A DNA stretch of 60,047 nt, counting the filler, from Ionaspis alba (taxonomy: Eukaryota), in the NCBI GenBank assembly GCA_964255285.1. It is 7 parts of 7 records of this genome, joined end to end, with 100 filler letters (N's around TTAATTAATTAA, not from the genome) between each part and the next. Parts side by side here need not be neighbours in the genome. Positions count along the whole stretch, not along the records: positions 34,449 to 42,942 come from CAXUUL010000740.1; positions 43,043 to 51,498 come from CAXUUL010000741.1; 5 more parts are not named here. The stretch is one strand, 5' to 3'. Shown here one piece after another: positions 39,792-51,498 of this stretch; position 1 is the stretch's first letter; each line of letters opens with the position of its first letter. The position numbers and the translations under genes are program-made. The notes beneath the pieces are model-generated. The model made no database searches, was not told the origin of the DNA, and saw only the letters and a program-made list of their open reading frames with translations.

Positions 39792-41603
39792 TCATCCAGT
39801 ACTAGCATGGGAGTTTGGTATCGGCTTACGAGGTACGATGTTGCTAGACTGAGGGCTTTGTAAGACAATTGTTTGACTCAAGGCTTCACCTGGAGGCTGT
39901 ACGTCTTGCACAGACTGTTCATACAGAGGTAAATCGTCCAGTCCACCTGGGCTTTGATGGATGAGGGTCGAGTAACGGGGAGGTGCTTGTACGGATGGAG
40001 CGGGCTTCCTCCGCAGGGGACTCGAAGAATTGAAAGTGTCTGTATTGCCTATTGCAGTCGTGACCCTTGGCGGAAGAGGAGGTCGGTCTTCTTCAGTGTC
40101 TTCGTCTACTTCATTATCGAGAAGTGCAATTCCTTCAACTTGAGCGCCTGGCATGACTATGGTCGAGTTACTGACATCTAGAGCGTCTTCTCGATCTTCG
40201 ATGGCCTCGGGAACCCGCAATGACTCTTCGAATTTCCACTTGTCCATTCCACACGATGCTGATAGGCCTCTGTTCCAGTTCTCAATCGCAAATTTAAGGA
40301 TTCTTGAAATGATAGGAATCATTTTCGCTTCCTCGATTGGATCCGTTCCAGACATCAAACTGGGAGCAAAACATACTGCCAGATTGTGTGGATCCATATG
40401 ATTCCAGTCTCGAGCCTCGGTGACCGCTGCAAGTAAGGGGAGAAGATGAATTGCCAAGATTTTCCTGGAGGCGCTACTCAACGGAGACCAATCTGAACGT
40501 TCTCCTATCAAGTCAAGTGTAGTCGAAAGTTCAATGGGTCTCTCTGTGTCGCCGAAGCTGCGTTCCAGAAACTGGTAGGCTGTCTGCGGAAATATTGGTT
40601 CTCGGAGCTGCGAGTACCACAACTTGATGAGACCTGCTGCGGCATACACACCAAATCCTTCGGCTTGCTCGAGTTCTTCCACCATAATATTGCCATAACC
40701 TTCTTTCCAGTGGCCGAAGGTAAGTATGCAATCTCCTTCTCGCCATACAATGAATTTCTGGCCTCGGTCATAAGCTTCTCTGAGCACACTTAGTGTTACT
40801 GCCCTAGCGTTGATTCGGAAAAGCCCTTCGGTTCTGAGATTCCGGTCGGTAAGTAAGAAGCTGGAAGCCTCTCTAAGTACTCTAGGCAATCTCGGGGATC
40901 CTAATTTTGACATTGGAAGTGGTGTCGTTGCACCGAAAGCTCTTCTCCCGGTGGCATACGGAACATCGATTTCGGAAGTTTGCTGGCGATCACAGTAGTA
41001 GGCTGTTGGAGGTATCAGGAGATCTTCGATTGGTATATGCAATGCCAGAGCGCTCAAAGTAGATACTGTTAGACATCAGCAATCACTCTTACATTGTGAG
41101 CTGGACTGTCCCATACCGTGGACAATCTTCTTCCTAAATTTCGGGCTCACAACCGTCGAGAACATCTCCACCATGACTCTGATCCAAGCTCTCTCATGCA
41201 CCACATAGAGTTTCTGTAACCGCTTCCTCATCGCTCTCGACAATACATGGTATGCTTGCAAAAACCATCCCCACCCAGGTCTGCCCTTCTTCACATGTCC
41301 TGCTCCACGCTCTTCCCCGCCTGCAAAGAATACCACCTCATATCCCCTGCCTCCGAGCAACTCTTCCTCATCTGGTAGCCTGGCCAGGACGTATGGAAGA
41401 AGCACATCGAAGTCGACGACATTGCTATCTGGGAAGGCGGCGGCATTCAGGATGTAGACGCGGAGGTCCTTTTGGGAAGGCAACGGGGAACGATAGAGGA
41501 TATGAGCCGCTAGGTTGGCAAGACGTATGGAGTAATGATCGGAGGATGGTGGGGGCGGCACTGAACTGAGGGACGAGCCTCGTCCACGTGAATTGATCCG
41601 CAT
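39792..41603 (-). CDS. BCH/CRAL-TRIO-like + RhoGAP domain protein, 2 exons
   Basis: N-terminal VYILNAAAFPD...KRLQKLYVVHER...VSPKFRKKIVH; RhoGAP EGLFRINA (arginine finger), AGLIKLWYSQLREPIF, NHMDPHNLAVCFAPSL; Pro-rich tail. Confidence 0.88.
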
Positions 41604-42222
41604 GAGTTCTGTATTATTGTTCCAGAAATTCTCGTCAACTTAGGTTCATGTATTAAGACCTCGATCTTAGATCGTGGCGGAACTGTCTTCGTGTCAAAAT
41701 CTGTGGGGATGTTGTGGGTGGTAATTATTCATTTCCTAGCACCAGATTGAGGAGAGTCAAAGAAGCAACATTCACTCCTACAGTACATATATCACACGCA
41801 ATAGAGTCAACGATAAGATAAGGATACAATCTACTAGACTTGATCCTCGAATTGAGTTGTCGTTCCTGACGGGTTGTCATTCTATTTTTGGATCAAAAAG
41901 GTACACGACGACTCGTATTTAGGAACCTGTTTCTATTGGTGAATGCTACAATGGATGCCTAGCGTAACCCTGTGTTGTCCTCCGCAGTGTCGATCAATTT
42001 CCTAGCAGTGCCGTGTAAATGCAGCACAGGCTCCGTGCTTGAATAATGGAAGCAATGAGAGCATGTAATGACATCAGTGATAAGCAAGTGCTTGAATAGT
42101 AAGGATACGTGAGCAGCCCGTTATCCAATGTTCTCCACATGCTAGCGAGTGAAAATATTGCCGAAGACGATGCCAATGGATCTCGGAGTTGCGAATAATG
42201 GGACAAGGCCGGCACCCTGTCC

Positions 42223-42942
42223 TCAAACACTTTGGGCAGCCTGCAAGGCCTTCTCAAGAGACTGGGCCTCGTACTCAAGAAGTGATCTCTGGAAATCTAG
42301 CGTCGAGGCCCTGATCTCTGCCGCTGAGGCTGAGCTGGGTTCGCGAAAGGCTGCAGTGTTTGACTGATCTGCAACGCTCTGCTGAGCGGGTTTAGGGATG
42401 GCTTGGTCTTTGATTGATGGCTCTTCTGTGTCGCTCTCCTGTGGAAGCGGAAGGCAGTCCTCATACAGTTTCGACCAAGCCTTTGCACTGCGTTCGTGAA
42501 ATTGAGCAGCACTCTCGTCACTATCGCAAGACGAGTCACCGTCAAATCGCGGGTGTTTGAATTCAACAGGTCCATGGTGAGCCGCCGTCGGCATTGGAGG
42601 CGACATTGGGGCCAGAATCTCCAGCTCTGGTTGTGCCAGTTGACCCGCGACAGAGACCGATGTGCGATATCCGCGATAGGCCCGTTCAAGGTTCGAGCTT
42701 TGGGACTTGTACAATCTGCCCCATGGTTTGAAGATCCTTTTGCTGAAAGTCATGCTCCGGCTTTTGAGTTTCTGGTCCTGGAGACGTGCTGGCTGATTCA
42801 CAATTCCAGGTCCTAACACAAAATCATGAGTAATGACATGATCAGACTCGCCTGCGGACTCCAATGAGCGATCTGCTCTTTTGTGGCTCGGAAATTTACT
42901 CCAAGAAGGACTGGACTTCGCTGGTGGCGAACGCACCCCTTG
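42223..42942 (-). CDS. Hypothetical protein, 3' part only (5' lost in linker)
   Basis: Frame open from the contig edge for ~240 aa; SVSVAGQLAQPELEILAP and IRASTLDFQRSLLEYE resemble a conserved fungal hypothetical tail. Confidence 0.6.
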   Translation of the reverse strand, partial: QGVRSPPAKSSPSWSKFPSHKRADRSLESAGESDHVITHDFVLGPGIVNQPARLQDQKLKSRSMTFSKRIFKPWGRLYKSQSSNLERAYRGYRTSVSVAGQLAQPELEILAPMSPPMPTAAHHGPVEFKHPRFDGDSSCDSDESAAQFHERSAKAWSKLYEDCLPLPQESDTEEPSIKDQAIPKPAQQSVADQSNTAAFREPSSASAAEIRASTLDFQRSLLEYEAQSLEKALQAAQSV

Positions 42943-43062
42943 NNNNNNNNNNNNNNNNNNNNNNNNNNNNNNNNNNNNNNNNNNNNTTAATTAATTAANN
43001 NNNNNNNNNNNNNNNNNNNNNNNNNNNNNNNNNNNNNNNNNNTTCCATCCCAGTCCACTTCG

Positions 43063-43782
43063 ATGAACAAAATGGCTCTCAAAACTCTTTCCGCCGCCTC
43101 TGCTGCCGCCCTGGACAAAGAATTCATGTCCACCGGCGCCTTCTCCATCGACCAGTTGATGGAACTCGCCGGCCTCGCCGTCTCCCAAACCGTCCACACC
43201 GTCCACCCTCCCCGCATCTATCCCCGTGTATTGGTGGTCTGTGGCCCTGGCAACAATGGCGGCGATGGCCTGGTCGCGGCTAGGCATCTCTTCCACTACG
43301 GCTACGAACCTACCATTCATTATCCCAAACAGAGCAAGAACGAATTGTACCAGCGTCTAGCGACGCAGCTACGGAATCTGGATGTTCCATTCGCAGAGGA
43401 CTTTGGCAAGGCGCTGGATGAGACGGATCAGGTCGTTGACGCAATCTTCGGGTTTAGCTTCTCGGGTGAGGTCAGGGAGCCGTTTCCAGGGATTATTGAG
43501 GCGTTGGAGAAGACGAAGGTGCCGGTTGTTGCGGTTGATGCCCCGAGCTCGTGGAATATTGAGACTGGACCGCCGGAAAAGGGGCCTGGTAGTGGGTACA
43601 TGCCGGAGGTATTGGTCAGCTTGACTGCGCCGAAGCCGCTGGTCAAGTTCTTTAAGGGAAGGCATTTTTTGGGAGGGAGGTTCTTATCGGAGAAGGTGGC
43701 AGGGAGGTATGGATTGGATGTGCCGCCATATGAGGGTGTGGAGCAGGTTGTGGAGGTTGACAAGGATGGACATAAGCTGTAA
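43063..43782 (+). CDS. nnr1: NAD(P)H-hydrate epimerase (YjeF_N / NAXE), no intron in the visible part
   Basis: AAALDKEFM, FSIDQLMELAGLAV, CGPGNNGGDGLVAARHL, VDAIFGFSF, AVDAPSSW, SLTAPKP, HFLGGRF. Confidence 0.95.
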   Translation: MNKMALKTLSAASAAALDKEFMSTGAFSIDQLMELAGLAVSQTVHTVHPPRIYPRVLVVCGPGNNGGDGLVAARHLFHYGYEPTIHYPKQSKNELYQRLATQLRNLDVPFAEDFGKALDETDQVVDAIFGFSFSGEVREPFPGIIEALEKTKVPVVAVDAPSSWNIETGPPEKGPGSGYMPEVLVSLTAPKPLVKFFKGRHFLGGRFLSEKVAGRYGLDVPPYEGVEQVVEVDKDGHKL

Positions 43783-44120
43783 GGATAACGGAACACAACG
43801 TTCAATTGCACGGAAGCTTTATTTCCGGGGACCAAGCTTGACCACACTGTGAAATTCAAGGTAAAGGATCCATTCCTTGAATGCTTCGGATCAGTCTAAG
43901 ATGAATATAAGCCACTCTGACCACTTTAGGTCAAGGCTACCTATCTAATTGGCTCAAAGGTTTGCTTTTGTCTCTCCTAGACTGGCTGGCAAGGGAACTC
44001 AACGCACACTGATTGGAGTGCTACCAGTTAGTCATACGTGCTTCATATCGATCACCACAGAAGTCATACTGCAATCGGAATTCAGCGCGAAATTATATTC
44101 TATTGGAAAGCACTGTACCA

Positions 44121-44936
44121 TCATGGTGTTATCCGCCCACTGATGATGTTTCCGATCTCGGCATAGAGCTCTGAGGCCTTCCTTATCACACTATCTTTGA
44201 TTCCCGATGGACATTGCACAGAGTTGTCGGGATACCATTTGCATTGCTCTTTCTTCAATGCCTTCATTTCAAGTGCCAATAGCTTATATAGCTTCCTGAT
44301 ACTGCATGGGCACGCATTTAAGACACGAGGTCCCTTCATGCATTTGCTATCGTCTCAAGGCAACATCGGTGGTTCTGGGAAATAGTTCATTCGCTCGGGA
44401 TGGGCAATGATTTCGTCGGATTTCATCGGCCATGCTTGACAGAGCAGCTATTCATTCTATCTCTTTCTTCGCTCAGCTTCCTTTTGCTCTTCTCCCTGAT
44501 GTCGCATATACTCCTGTTCTTCAAACAAGGCTCTGCTTCTGTCTTGTGCCTGGTGTTGAAGTCTTTCCCGTCCTTCTTCATTCTTTCTTCCCACTGTATC
44601 TGCGCCCTTGTCTCTACATATATCTCAATGAGGTATTTGGTAGATTTGATAAGATAGTACGCGAGTAGGAAGGCGATGGCTCCGTAAATAGCGGCCTTGA
44701 AAACCTGTACGGAGAGTTGCCAAGCTCGCAGAACAAAACATCCCAATTTCGAGAAGAACTGTTGCACCAAACAAGGGAGTGAGGTTGTCAAAACAATAGC
44801 TAAACTGATACCTTGGTATGAAACTTGCAGGAACTGTATTACACGATTGAATCCTTAGTTGATCGTAGTAACGGTAGGATTGTCGACGCGAAGAAATCGA
44901 TAGCTTTCCATTTTGAGCTAACGTGAACTTGGACAT
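44121..44936 (-). pseudogene. Degenerate gene: TM segment + FPEPP/Cys region + 'WHPDK'-like helical domain
   Basis: Fragments in different frames: AIYGAIAFLLAYYLI, then MNYFPEPPMLP*DDSKCMKGPRVLNACPCSIRKLY...LKKEQCKWYPDN...KASELYAEI, with in-frame stops and a frameshift. Confidence 0.55.
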
Positions 44937-45210
44937 GAATAGCTCAGAAAAGGTTCAGTAAAGTTGAATTGTGCTTTCCAAAAAGCTCATCTTGTACGGA
45001 AGTTGAGATTAAAACCTCTGATTTAATGAACGGTTATGCTGTGACATAGATTGCGAGCGACAAAGGATCCCGATTTAGAATGAGGATGAAGCAGCAGGAA
45101 AGGTACCGCGAAATGTGATGCTCTTGAATATGTAGTTAATGATGTGAGAGAAGACATGATTTGCAGGAGAAGTACGTAGGCGCGGGCAGTGTCTCGCCGG
45201 GGTTTCAATA

Positions 45211-45231
45211 CCACCACCACCACCACCACCA
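45211..45231. repeat. (CCA)n microsatellite, about 7 units
   Basis: ccaccaccaccaccaccacca. Confidence 0.85.
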
Positions 45232-45559
45232 CAGCTCATGGCGTAATGCACATCTTGCAAAGAAGATCAGACAGCCTACAGGCTGCACATAATAACATCA
45301 GTTGAAAAAGGAGATTCTGTTCGGTACTCAATGGAAGACTCAAGTGATGATCGGATATTGGAAAACTCTCCTTAATCAATTCTAGTTTTATCGCAGTTAT
45401 AGACTCTATTACGGTTTGGTGAAGTATGGGATGCTAGACTCCATTTCAGGTCATCTTTAATGCGGATACCACATCCAGACCGCCGGTAAATTCAACATTA
45501 TAACCTCAAGATCGTCAATTACGTTTGAAGCCTGGTCCAGATCTCTCTTGCGACTATCA

Positions 45560-46882
45560 TCACCTTCCCAGCGCCCCGACCACACTCCCAACCATCACGC
45601 TGACCTCCCTCTCCCATCCTCCAGCTACCCCCTTCGCTCCTTGTACGCCTCTAAGTACACATTCTCTAATACTCTCCCTTACCCTCTCCTTCTGACTCTT
45701 GAGCGTCCTCGCACTCACACCTCCTCTGTTCATGATTTCCTGCGTACGAGTCGCCAAGCCGGAGGCCAGACTACGCCAGAAGAACGACGGTAGGGACGAA
45801 GTGTCAAGAGCCGAGAGGAGAGGTTCGAGCAGATTCGGCGGCGGAGGCATGGATGTGGAGAAGGGTTGGGATGGTGGACGAATGCTTTCGAGTAGAGCCT
45901 CCAGTGCCACTATGTTTTGGCATCTGGCGGAGACCTCGAGAAGGGTGCGTGTAAGAGTGGGAAGTGTACCAAGTGCTCGAGCGGTGGAGGCAAGGGACGA
46001 GGTTAGAGACGTCTGAAGGTAGGTTTGTAGTGCTGTGAGAAGTAGACTGTGTGGCAATTCCGCCGCTCTAGATGAGGATTTGAGCGGTGAGAGGAGGTAG
46101 AGCGTCAAGCAGGCGGATATTGTGCGGGCCTTCGTTTCCTCCGTTTGGACGTAAGTGGAGGGAGCGGTGGCCGAAGACTGCGTACTTGTAGGAGAAGCAA
46201 GGGAGGACAGTGAGAATTCATGGACGATCTGCTGCCCTTTTGCTCGGAGTGTCTGTTCTGAGGGCACAAGGAGGTCTGTTTGGAGAGTTGTGATTACCTG
46301 GACTCGAGAGAGGTGCTCGCCTTCTTCGTCCGGGCCGGAAGCAGCAAAGATCTGTCGGAGGCTGAGGAGCGTGTTGGAGGCGCGTGGCATGGCTCTGTGG
46401 TCTTCCTTTCTTCCCGCAGATGGGGACTTGAACTCCGCCATCTGAGCCTCGAGTTGTCGGCCGAGTAGCAGACATCTCCCTACGGCTCGTCCGATTTTCA
46501 CCGTCTGCCATAGCCTCTCGACTACGACCCGGACCTCTTCCGCAGCTTCATATCGCTGAATGACTTCCTCCTCTAAACGTTGGTAGCCCTCGGTAAGAGA
46601 AGCAACCTGGGTCTCAACTTCTTGCACAACACGCTGGGATGCTTCGGTCTGGGATTTTGTATATGTGAGAAGTGGTAGTGCGGATTTTGTGGTAAGAGTG
46701 TGGATGTGGGTATCAATCTCTTGCACATCAAAGAGGACGCGCGAGAGCGGCGTAGACAAATCAATTGGGGTATCGGAGGCGTTATTGGTCGAAGTCACAA
46801 GGGTATTGGCGAAGGAGGCGGGGGAGAAGCTTGGGTCTAGGAATGCTTCGTAGTCGATGTAGGATGGTTCTGAGTCTGACAT
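45560..46882 (-). CDS. cog5: Conserved oligomeric Golgi complex subunit 5
   Basis: 440-aa ORF; YIDYEAFLDPSFSPASFANTLV...DLSTPLSRVLFDVQEIDTHI, LEVSARCQNIVALE, TSSLPSFFWRSLA, WEREVSVMV. Confidence 0.88.
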   Translation of the reverse strand: MSDSEPSYIDYEAFLDPSFSPASFANTLVTSTNNASDTPIDLSTPLSRVLFDVQEIDTHIHTLTTKSALPLLTYTKSQTEASQRVVQEVETQVASLTEGYQRLEEEVIQRYEAAEEVRVVVERLWQTVKIGRAVGRCLLLGRQLEAQMAEFKSPSAGRKEDHRAMPRASNTLLSLRQIFAASGPDEEGEHLSRVQVITTLQTDLLVPSEQTLRAKGQQIVHEFSLSSLASPTSTQSSATAPSTYVQTEETKARTISACLTLYLLSPLKSSSRAAELPHSLLLTALQTYLQTSLTSSLASTARALGTLPTLTRTLLEVSARCQNIVALEALLESIRPPSQPFSTSMPPPPNLLEPLLSALDTSSLPSFFWRSLASGLATRTQEIMNRGGVSARTLKSQKERVRESIRECVLRGVQGAKGVAGGWEREVSVMVGSVVGALGR

Positions 46883-47212
46883 AGTCGCTGCGGATCTAGT
46901 TTATCCATCTCGTACCTCAAGTCTCAGGAGAGGACTTCTTTGTGATGCTTGAGAAATGGGAAAGGCCATCACATCGGATCAAGCTTTACCGCTTGCATGT
47001 TAGGGCAAGGTGCCGTGACCAGGGTGTTTGTCTCGTTCCTCGATTTTGCGTTGTTTGCACTCCGGAGAATGCTCCTGAAGCTCTTCGTGGGGCTCTCCGA
47101 TGTGCGAGGCAACCTTCAGCTCCCGTTCTTCTCCACTCCCTCTTGAAACTTACAACCATTCTCTACAATTCCATAACACCTTCGACCGTTAAGAAATTTT
47201 ACACAAATCATA

Positions 47213-48696
47213 ATGGGCTCAGATTCGAAAGGCTGGTCATCGATTCCACGTAGTAGAGCCTTAGGTCTAACGTCAAGCTAATATATGAGGATTATAGATC
47301 GAAATCGAGTCTTCTTCGACATCTCTATCAACGGCCGGAAAGAGGGGCGGATAGTCTTCGAACTCGTGAGTTTCGACCTCCCTGCGCAGGCTTTCAATTA
47401 ACATGTATCTGGACCTTCCGTTTCTGACTCTGTCCAGTACGACGATGGTATGGCTTTTAAGTCATGCAATTCTAGCGATGAAACTCACTGGCTTCTATAG
47501 TGGTACCAAAGACAGCGGAGAACTTCCGTGCACTTTGTACAGGAGAGAAAGGCAAAGGCCAGGCCGGCGTGCCGCTCACTTATAAAGGTTTGTGGCTAGC
47601 AAACAGAGCGAGTAAGGCACGGTCTAATTAGCTTCAAGGATCTGGCTTTCACCGCGTCATCAAGTCATTCATGATCCAAGGAGGAGACTTCACAGCTGGT
47701 AATGGAACAGGAGGAGAGTCCATATACGGAGAAAAGTTTGCGGATGAGAACTTCGACATCAAGCATGAGAAGCCCTTCCTGCTTTCGATGGCCAATGCAG
47801 GACCTGGTGAGACTACCTGACCGAGAAACTTTATACGCTACCTGAGAAAGTCTGGCTGAATTCGTCTACAGCCACCAATGGATCTCAGTTCTTCGTTACC
47901 ACTGTACCCACACCCCACCTCGATGGCAAGCATGTTGTATTTGGAGAGGTTCTTAGCGGCAAGAGCATAGTGCGAAAGATTGAGAACCTCAAAACGCAAA
48001 ATGACAAGCCTGTCTGGCCTGTAGTAATCGAAGGTATGGGGAGTAGACTCTAGTTGCTGCAATACAGCACTGATCATCAACCGTTCGATAGACTGTGGCC
48101 AATTGACTGGAGACAACGCTTCCACCGGCTTCCAGAAGACTGTGGACAGCACAGGTGATCCTTATGAGGACTTTCCGGAAGATCAGGAAGGAGGCAAGGA
48201 GTACAAGGGACCAGAGATAGTAAAGATTGCCAACGAGCTCAAAGACTTTGGCAACAAGGCATTCAAAGGAGGAGATCTGAGTCTTGGGCTGGAAAAGTAC
48301 CAGAAAGGGCTTCGATACCTTAACGAGTATCCGACAGTTATGGATGAAGACCCTCCAGAGACTGCCGAACAACTCGCGAAGATCCGCTTCACTCTTCATT
48401 CCAACTCTGCTCTTCTGCAACTTAAGCTCAAGGCATACGAGGATGCCAAACAAAGTGCGAGTCATGCTTTGGATCTCTCAGGAACATCAGACCAGGACAA
48501 AGCAAAGGCGCACTACCGAAGGGCTCTTGCGGAAGTAGGTCTCAAAGATGAGGAGGCAGCCTTGAAGGATCTGCAGACTGCGTCGAAGCTCCATCCTGGC
48601 GATCCTGCCATTACCAACGAGCTCGCATCCGTGAAAAAGAAAGCTGCAGAGCAATCGGCAAAGGAGAAGGCTGCTTTCAAGAAATTCTTTTCGTAG
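47213..48696 (+). CDS. cpr6: Cyclophilin-40 (PPIase + TPR; Cpr6-like), multi-exon including a 10-nt microexon at 47438-47447
   Basis: [75 protein letters not shown] part [10 protein letters not shown]...AKAHYRRA...AAFKKFFS; exact first exon uncertain. Confidence 0.93.
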
Positions 48697-49088
48697 ATGT
48701 TCGACACATGCGGGCAGCTGATTAGCACAGCGAGGCGTATCAAAACACTGGTGAATCTGGGCGTGGAAAAGCAGTAGAAAATTCGAAATGCTGTTGAATT
48801 CATAATTCAGCCTTCCATGTAACCTTAGAGACCATGATATTATGAGGCACAAGAAGTGCAGAATATATACACTACTCTTCGCTATATTGTGGACAAGACA
48901 TGCCATCAACCCGTTCGTCCCGTTCTATCGGCATCTCGATGCCAGCCTTCAAGATGTGACCCACAAGCTCTTTAACTACCCTGGTGACGTCCATCAAACT
49001 GCCAGTTGCAATCATCAAAGGAATACGGCCCATCAGTCTATCCACTTTCCCGACCTAATAGTACAGCAATAACCCAATACCAGTTCCT

Positions 49089-49706
49089 CTACTCATCCCT
49101 TCCCCACATCGCCCTCCTCTTCACTCGATCCTCCCTCGCCAACGTCCTCCTCATTCCCCACCTCGCCTTCGTAGCCTCCATCAGCTGCCGAGTCTGCTCC
49201 AACCTCTCCTTCGGCGCCTGTGCTACTATTCCCACGAAAAGTTCCGAACATCCAAATTTCGCAGCCAGCTTCGGTCTCGTCCATTTGAACGGATCTGACG
49301 TCCTCAATCGCCGTATCTCTGCTATCTGCTCTTCATTGAGATGGTAGGTCTTGGTGTAGGGCTTCCTCATGGGCGGTGGCAAGCGGCGATTGGGGTCTTG
49401 ATAGGGGTTCGCGTGGATGTGGGATTGAGCGAGGAGGCGGCGGCGAGGGTCGTTGGGTGGGAGGAAGATTGGGGGGGTGTGGTAGGGTGAGGGAGCTGAA
49501 GATGGTGGGTTGAAGACAATGTGGTCGCGGGTTTCGGAGGTCAGTCTGGAGGGGATGGCGGCTTTGTCTTGTTTAGGTCGGAGTCGTTTGGTCGTGCGGC
49601 GGGCAGTGGACTCGTGTCGACAGGATGTATAGGTATTGGTGGAGGAACAAGAAGGGAGGAGGAAGGAAAGATTGAGTAGTGGCCGCCGTGGCAGAGTGAG
49701 ACTCAT
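49089..49706 (-). CDS. mrpl20: Mitochondrial ribosomal protein mL58 (MrpL20)
   Basis: Presequence MSLTLPRR..., RHESTARRTTKRLR, FNPPSSAPSPYHTPPIFLPPNDPRR, YHLNEEQIAEIRRLR...WTRPKLAAKFGCS; start taken at internal ATG 49706. Confidence 0.88.
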   Translation of the reverse strand: MSLTLPRRPLLNLSFLLPSCSSTNTYTSCRHESTARRTTKRLRPKQDKAAIPSRLTSETRDHIVFNPPSSAPSPYHTPPIFLPPNDPRRRLLAQSHIHANPYQDPNRRLPPPMRKPYTKTYHLNEEQIAEIRRLRTSDPFKWTRPKLAAKFGCSELFVGIVAQAPKERLEQTRQLMEATKARWGMRRTLAREDRVKRRAMWGRDE

Positions 49707-50335
49707 AATTGTAGTGCAGCAAGGCGTGGCTTCGATTGAGATCGGGGTGTCGCGCACTTCAATTGATGAGAAAATCGAGCGACTGGGATTATTAGTCGCT
49801 CTAGCGAGCTTCGAGGTTTGGATGCGGTGCCAAGACCTTTCCCCGGCAGAACCCCCTGTCCTCCACTGCATCATAGGAAAGCCCCAATTGCAATGTCATG
49901 TGGTGGAATTTAGACACTTCACGTCTCCTATGATAGTCCACGCTTCGGTTGCACTCGTTCACTTTACGATACCTGCTCAGTCAGATCCTTCAGCTTCTGT
50001 CTTGCTAGTGTCGCATTGATCTCTATCCAGGCAGCCAGCTATACGGGCTTACGGAAATCGCATAAGCCATTCTTAGACGCAGAGGCGCCCTTGCGAAGGC
50101 TGCTCGCTATACAAATACTGGTCTGGGAACGCAATCCTCGACTCCGATCAAGTGGTGAGCATCCAGTTTCGCGCGAGATTGTTTTCTACCCTCATCGTAA
50201 GATCTCAATCCAGATAATTGCAATCTCTGTTGAGGTTAGTCCAACAGCTGATCGCGGCTCGTCATAGTTTCAGCCACGCATTATTGTAGGGCGATCACTC
50301 CTGTTACAGATTCCCGGTTTTGCGGATGCACAACC

Positions 50336-51498
50336 ATGGCCAACTTTCTAACCACCGCGTCAATTGACAGAGCTGGGGAACCAGGCTCACGAACGTCCAA
50401 CGTCCCTCTCCTCGGCGAAGGCTTTTCAGAAAATACCACCTCGAGGTCGACACAGCCTACAAGCAGCAACTCCGCAGCCAATAGCAACAACAACAACAAT
50501 CCCCAAGAAGTCACGGATAACACCGATCAAGATCCCAAGACCGGCAAACGGAGATTCTGGAATCTGGGCAAGAAGAAAGACGACCCCAAGCTCAAAAAGG
50601 GCGAACCCACAAAACCACTACCATCTACAACCTCCGCGCCCATCTCGCCGATGCAATCCCCCGGCCTAGGCAACACCATGACCTCGACATCCGGTGCACC
50701 AACTTCACCCGGCCGTCCACATCACTCCTCCTCCCCCCGCCCCATCTCACCCGCCTCCTCCCAAATCTTCGAACGCAACGTCCAAGAAGACGGCCTCGCG
50801 ACCACCGCTTCACCCGCCATCCCCTCCCACATCACAACGGAGAACCACATTCCGCCCGTCCTCGACGCCTCCTCAATGGCCATAACAGACGATCACCTAA
50901 ACCCGGACAACGTCGAAATCGTCACCCACGCTGCACATCAACCCGCTGCTGTGACCGTCACCGGCGCTGCTCTTGGCTCCGACGGCCTCCCGCAACAGGA
51001 GCCTGTGTCCTCATTCTCGACTGAGCCCACTCATCCTGATGCCGAGGACTCGGCGTCGAATTACGGCACTCTGGACGCCACTGATGTCCGCCGTCTCAGC
51101 TTCATCTCCTTCGCCGACGTCGTCCACGCCGAGCAAGCTGATCACACCTCTCTGCACACCTCCACGCTCTCCGGGTCTGCAAGCATCGCCTCGCCCGGAG
51201 GACCAGGCGTACGCTCTCCCTCACCCATCCGCTCGCCAGTCTCACCGCCTACGACAAGCGGCTCGCCGTCGTTCAGAGGGCTGGAGTCTTTCGGCCGGGG
51301 CTCGGAGGGTTTTGCTATGGGCTTGGAGACTTCGCCTGTTAGGGGTGTCAGAGCTCCAGGTAGTCCGCGCGTGCCGGGGAGTCCGCCGGCGTCGACGGGG
51401 GAGTTGAGTATTGAGACTATGAGGCAGGCTCTTAGGAAGACGGGGAGTGGGGATTTGAGTGTGGGGAGGAGTGCGCCGGTTAGTGCTGTGGGCGGGGA
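50336..51498 (+). CDS. Conserved fungal Ser/Pro-rich hypothetical protein, 3' truncated
   Basis: Long ATG ORF with SSQIFERNVQE, TENHIPPVLDASS, DVRRLSFISFADVVHAE, ETMRQALRKTGSGDLS. Confidence 0.75.

Noticed and set aside
49707..49874. N-terminal extension of the 261-aa mrpl20 ORF
   Set aside because: A mitochondrial presequence-like segment begins at the internal ATG 49706; upstream sequence looks like promoter/UTR
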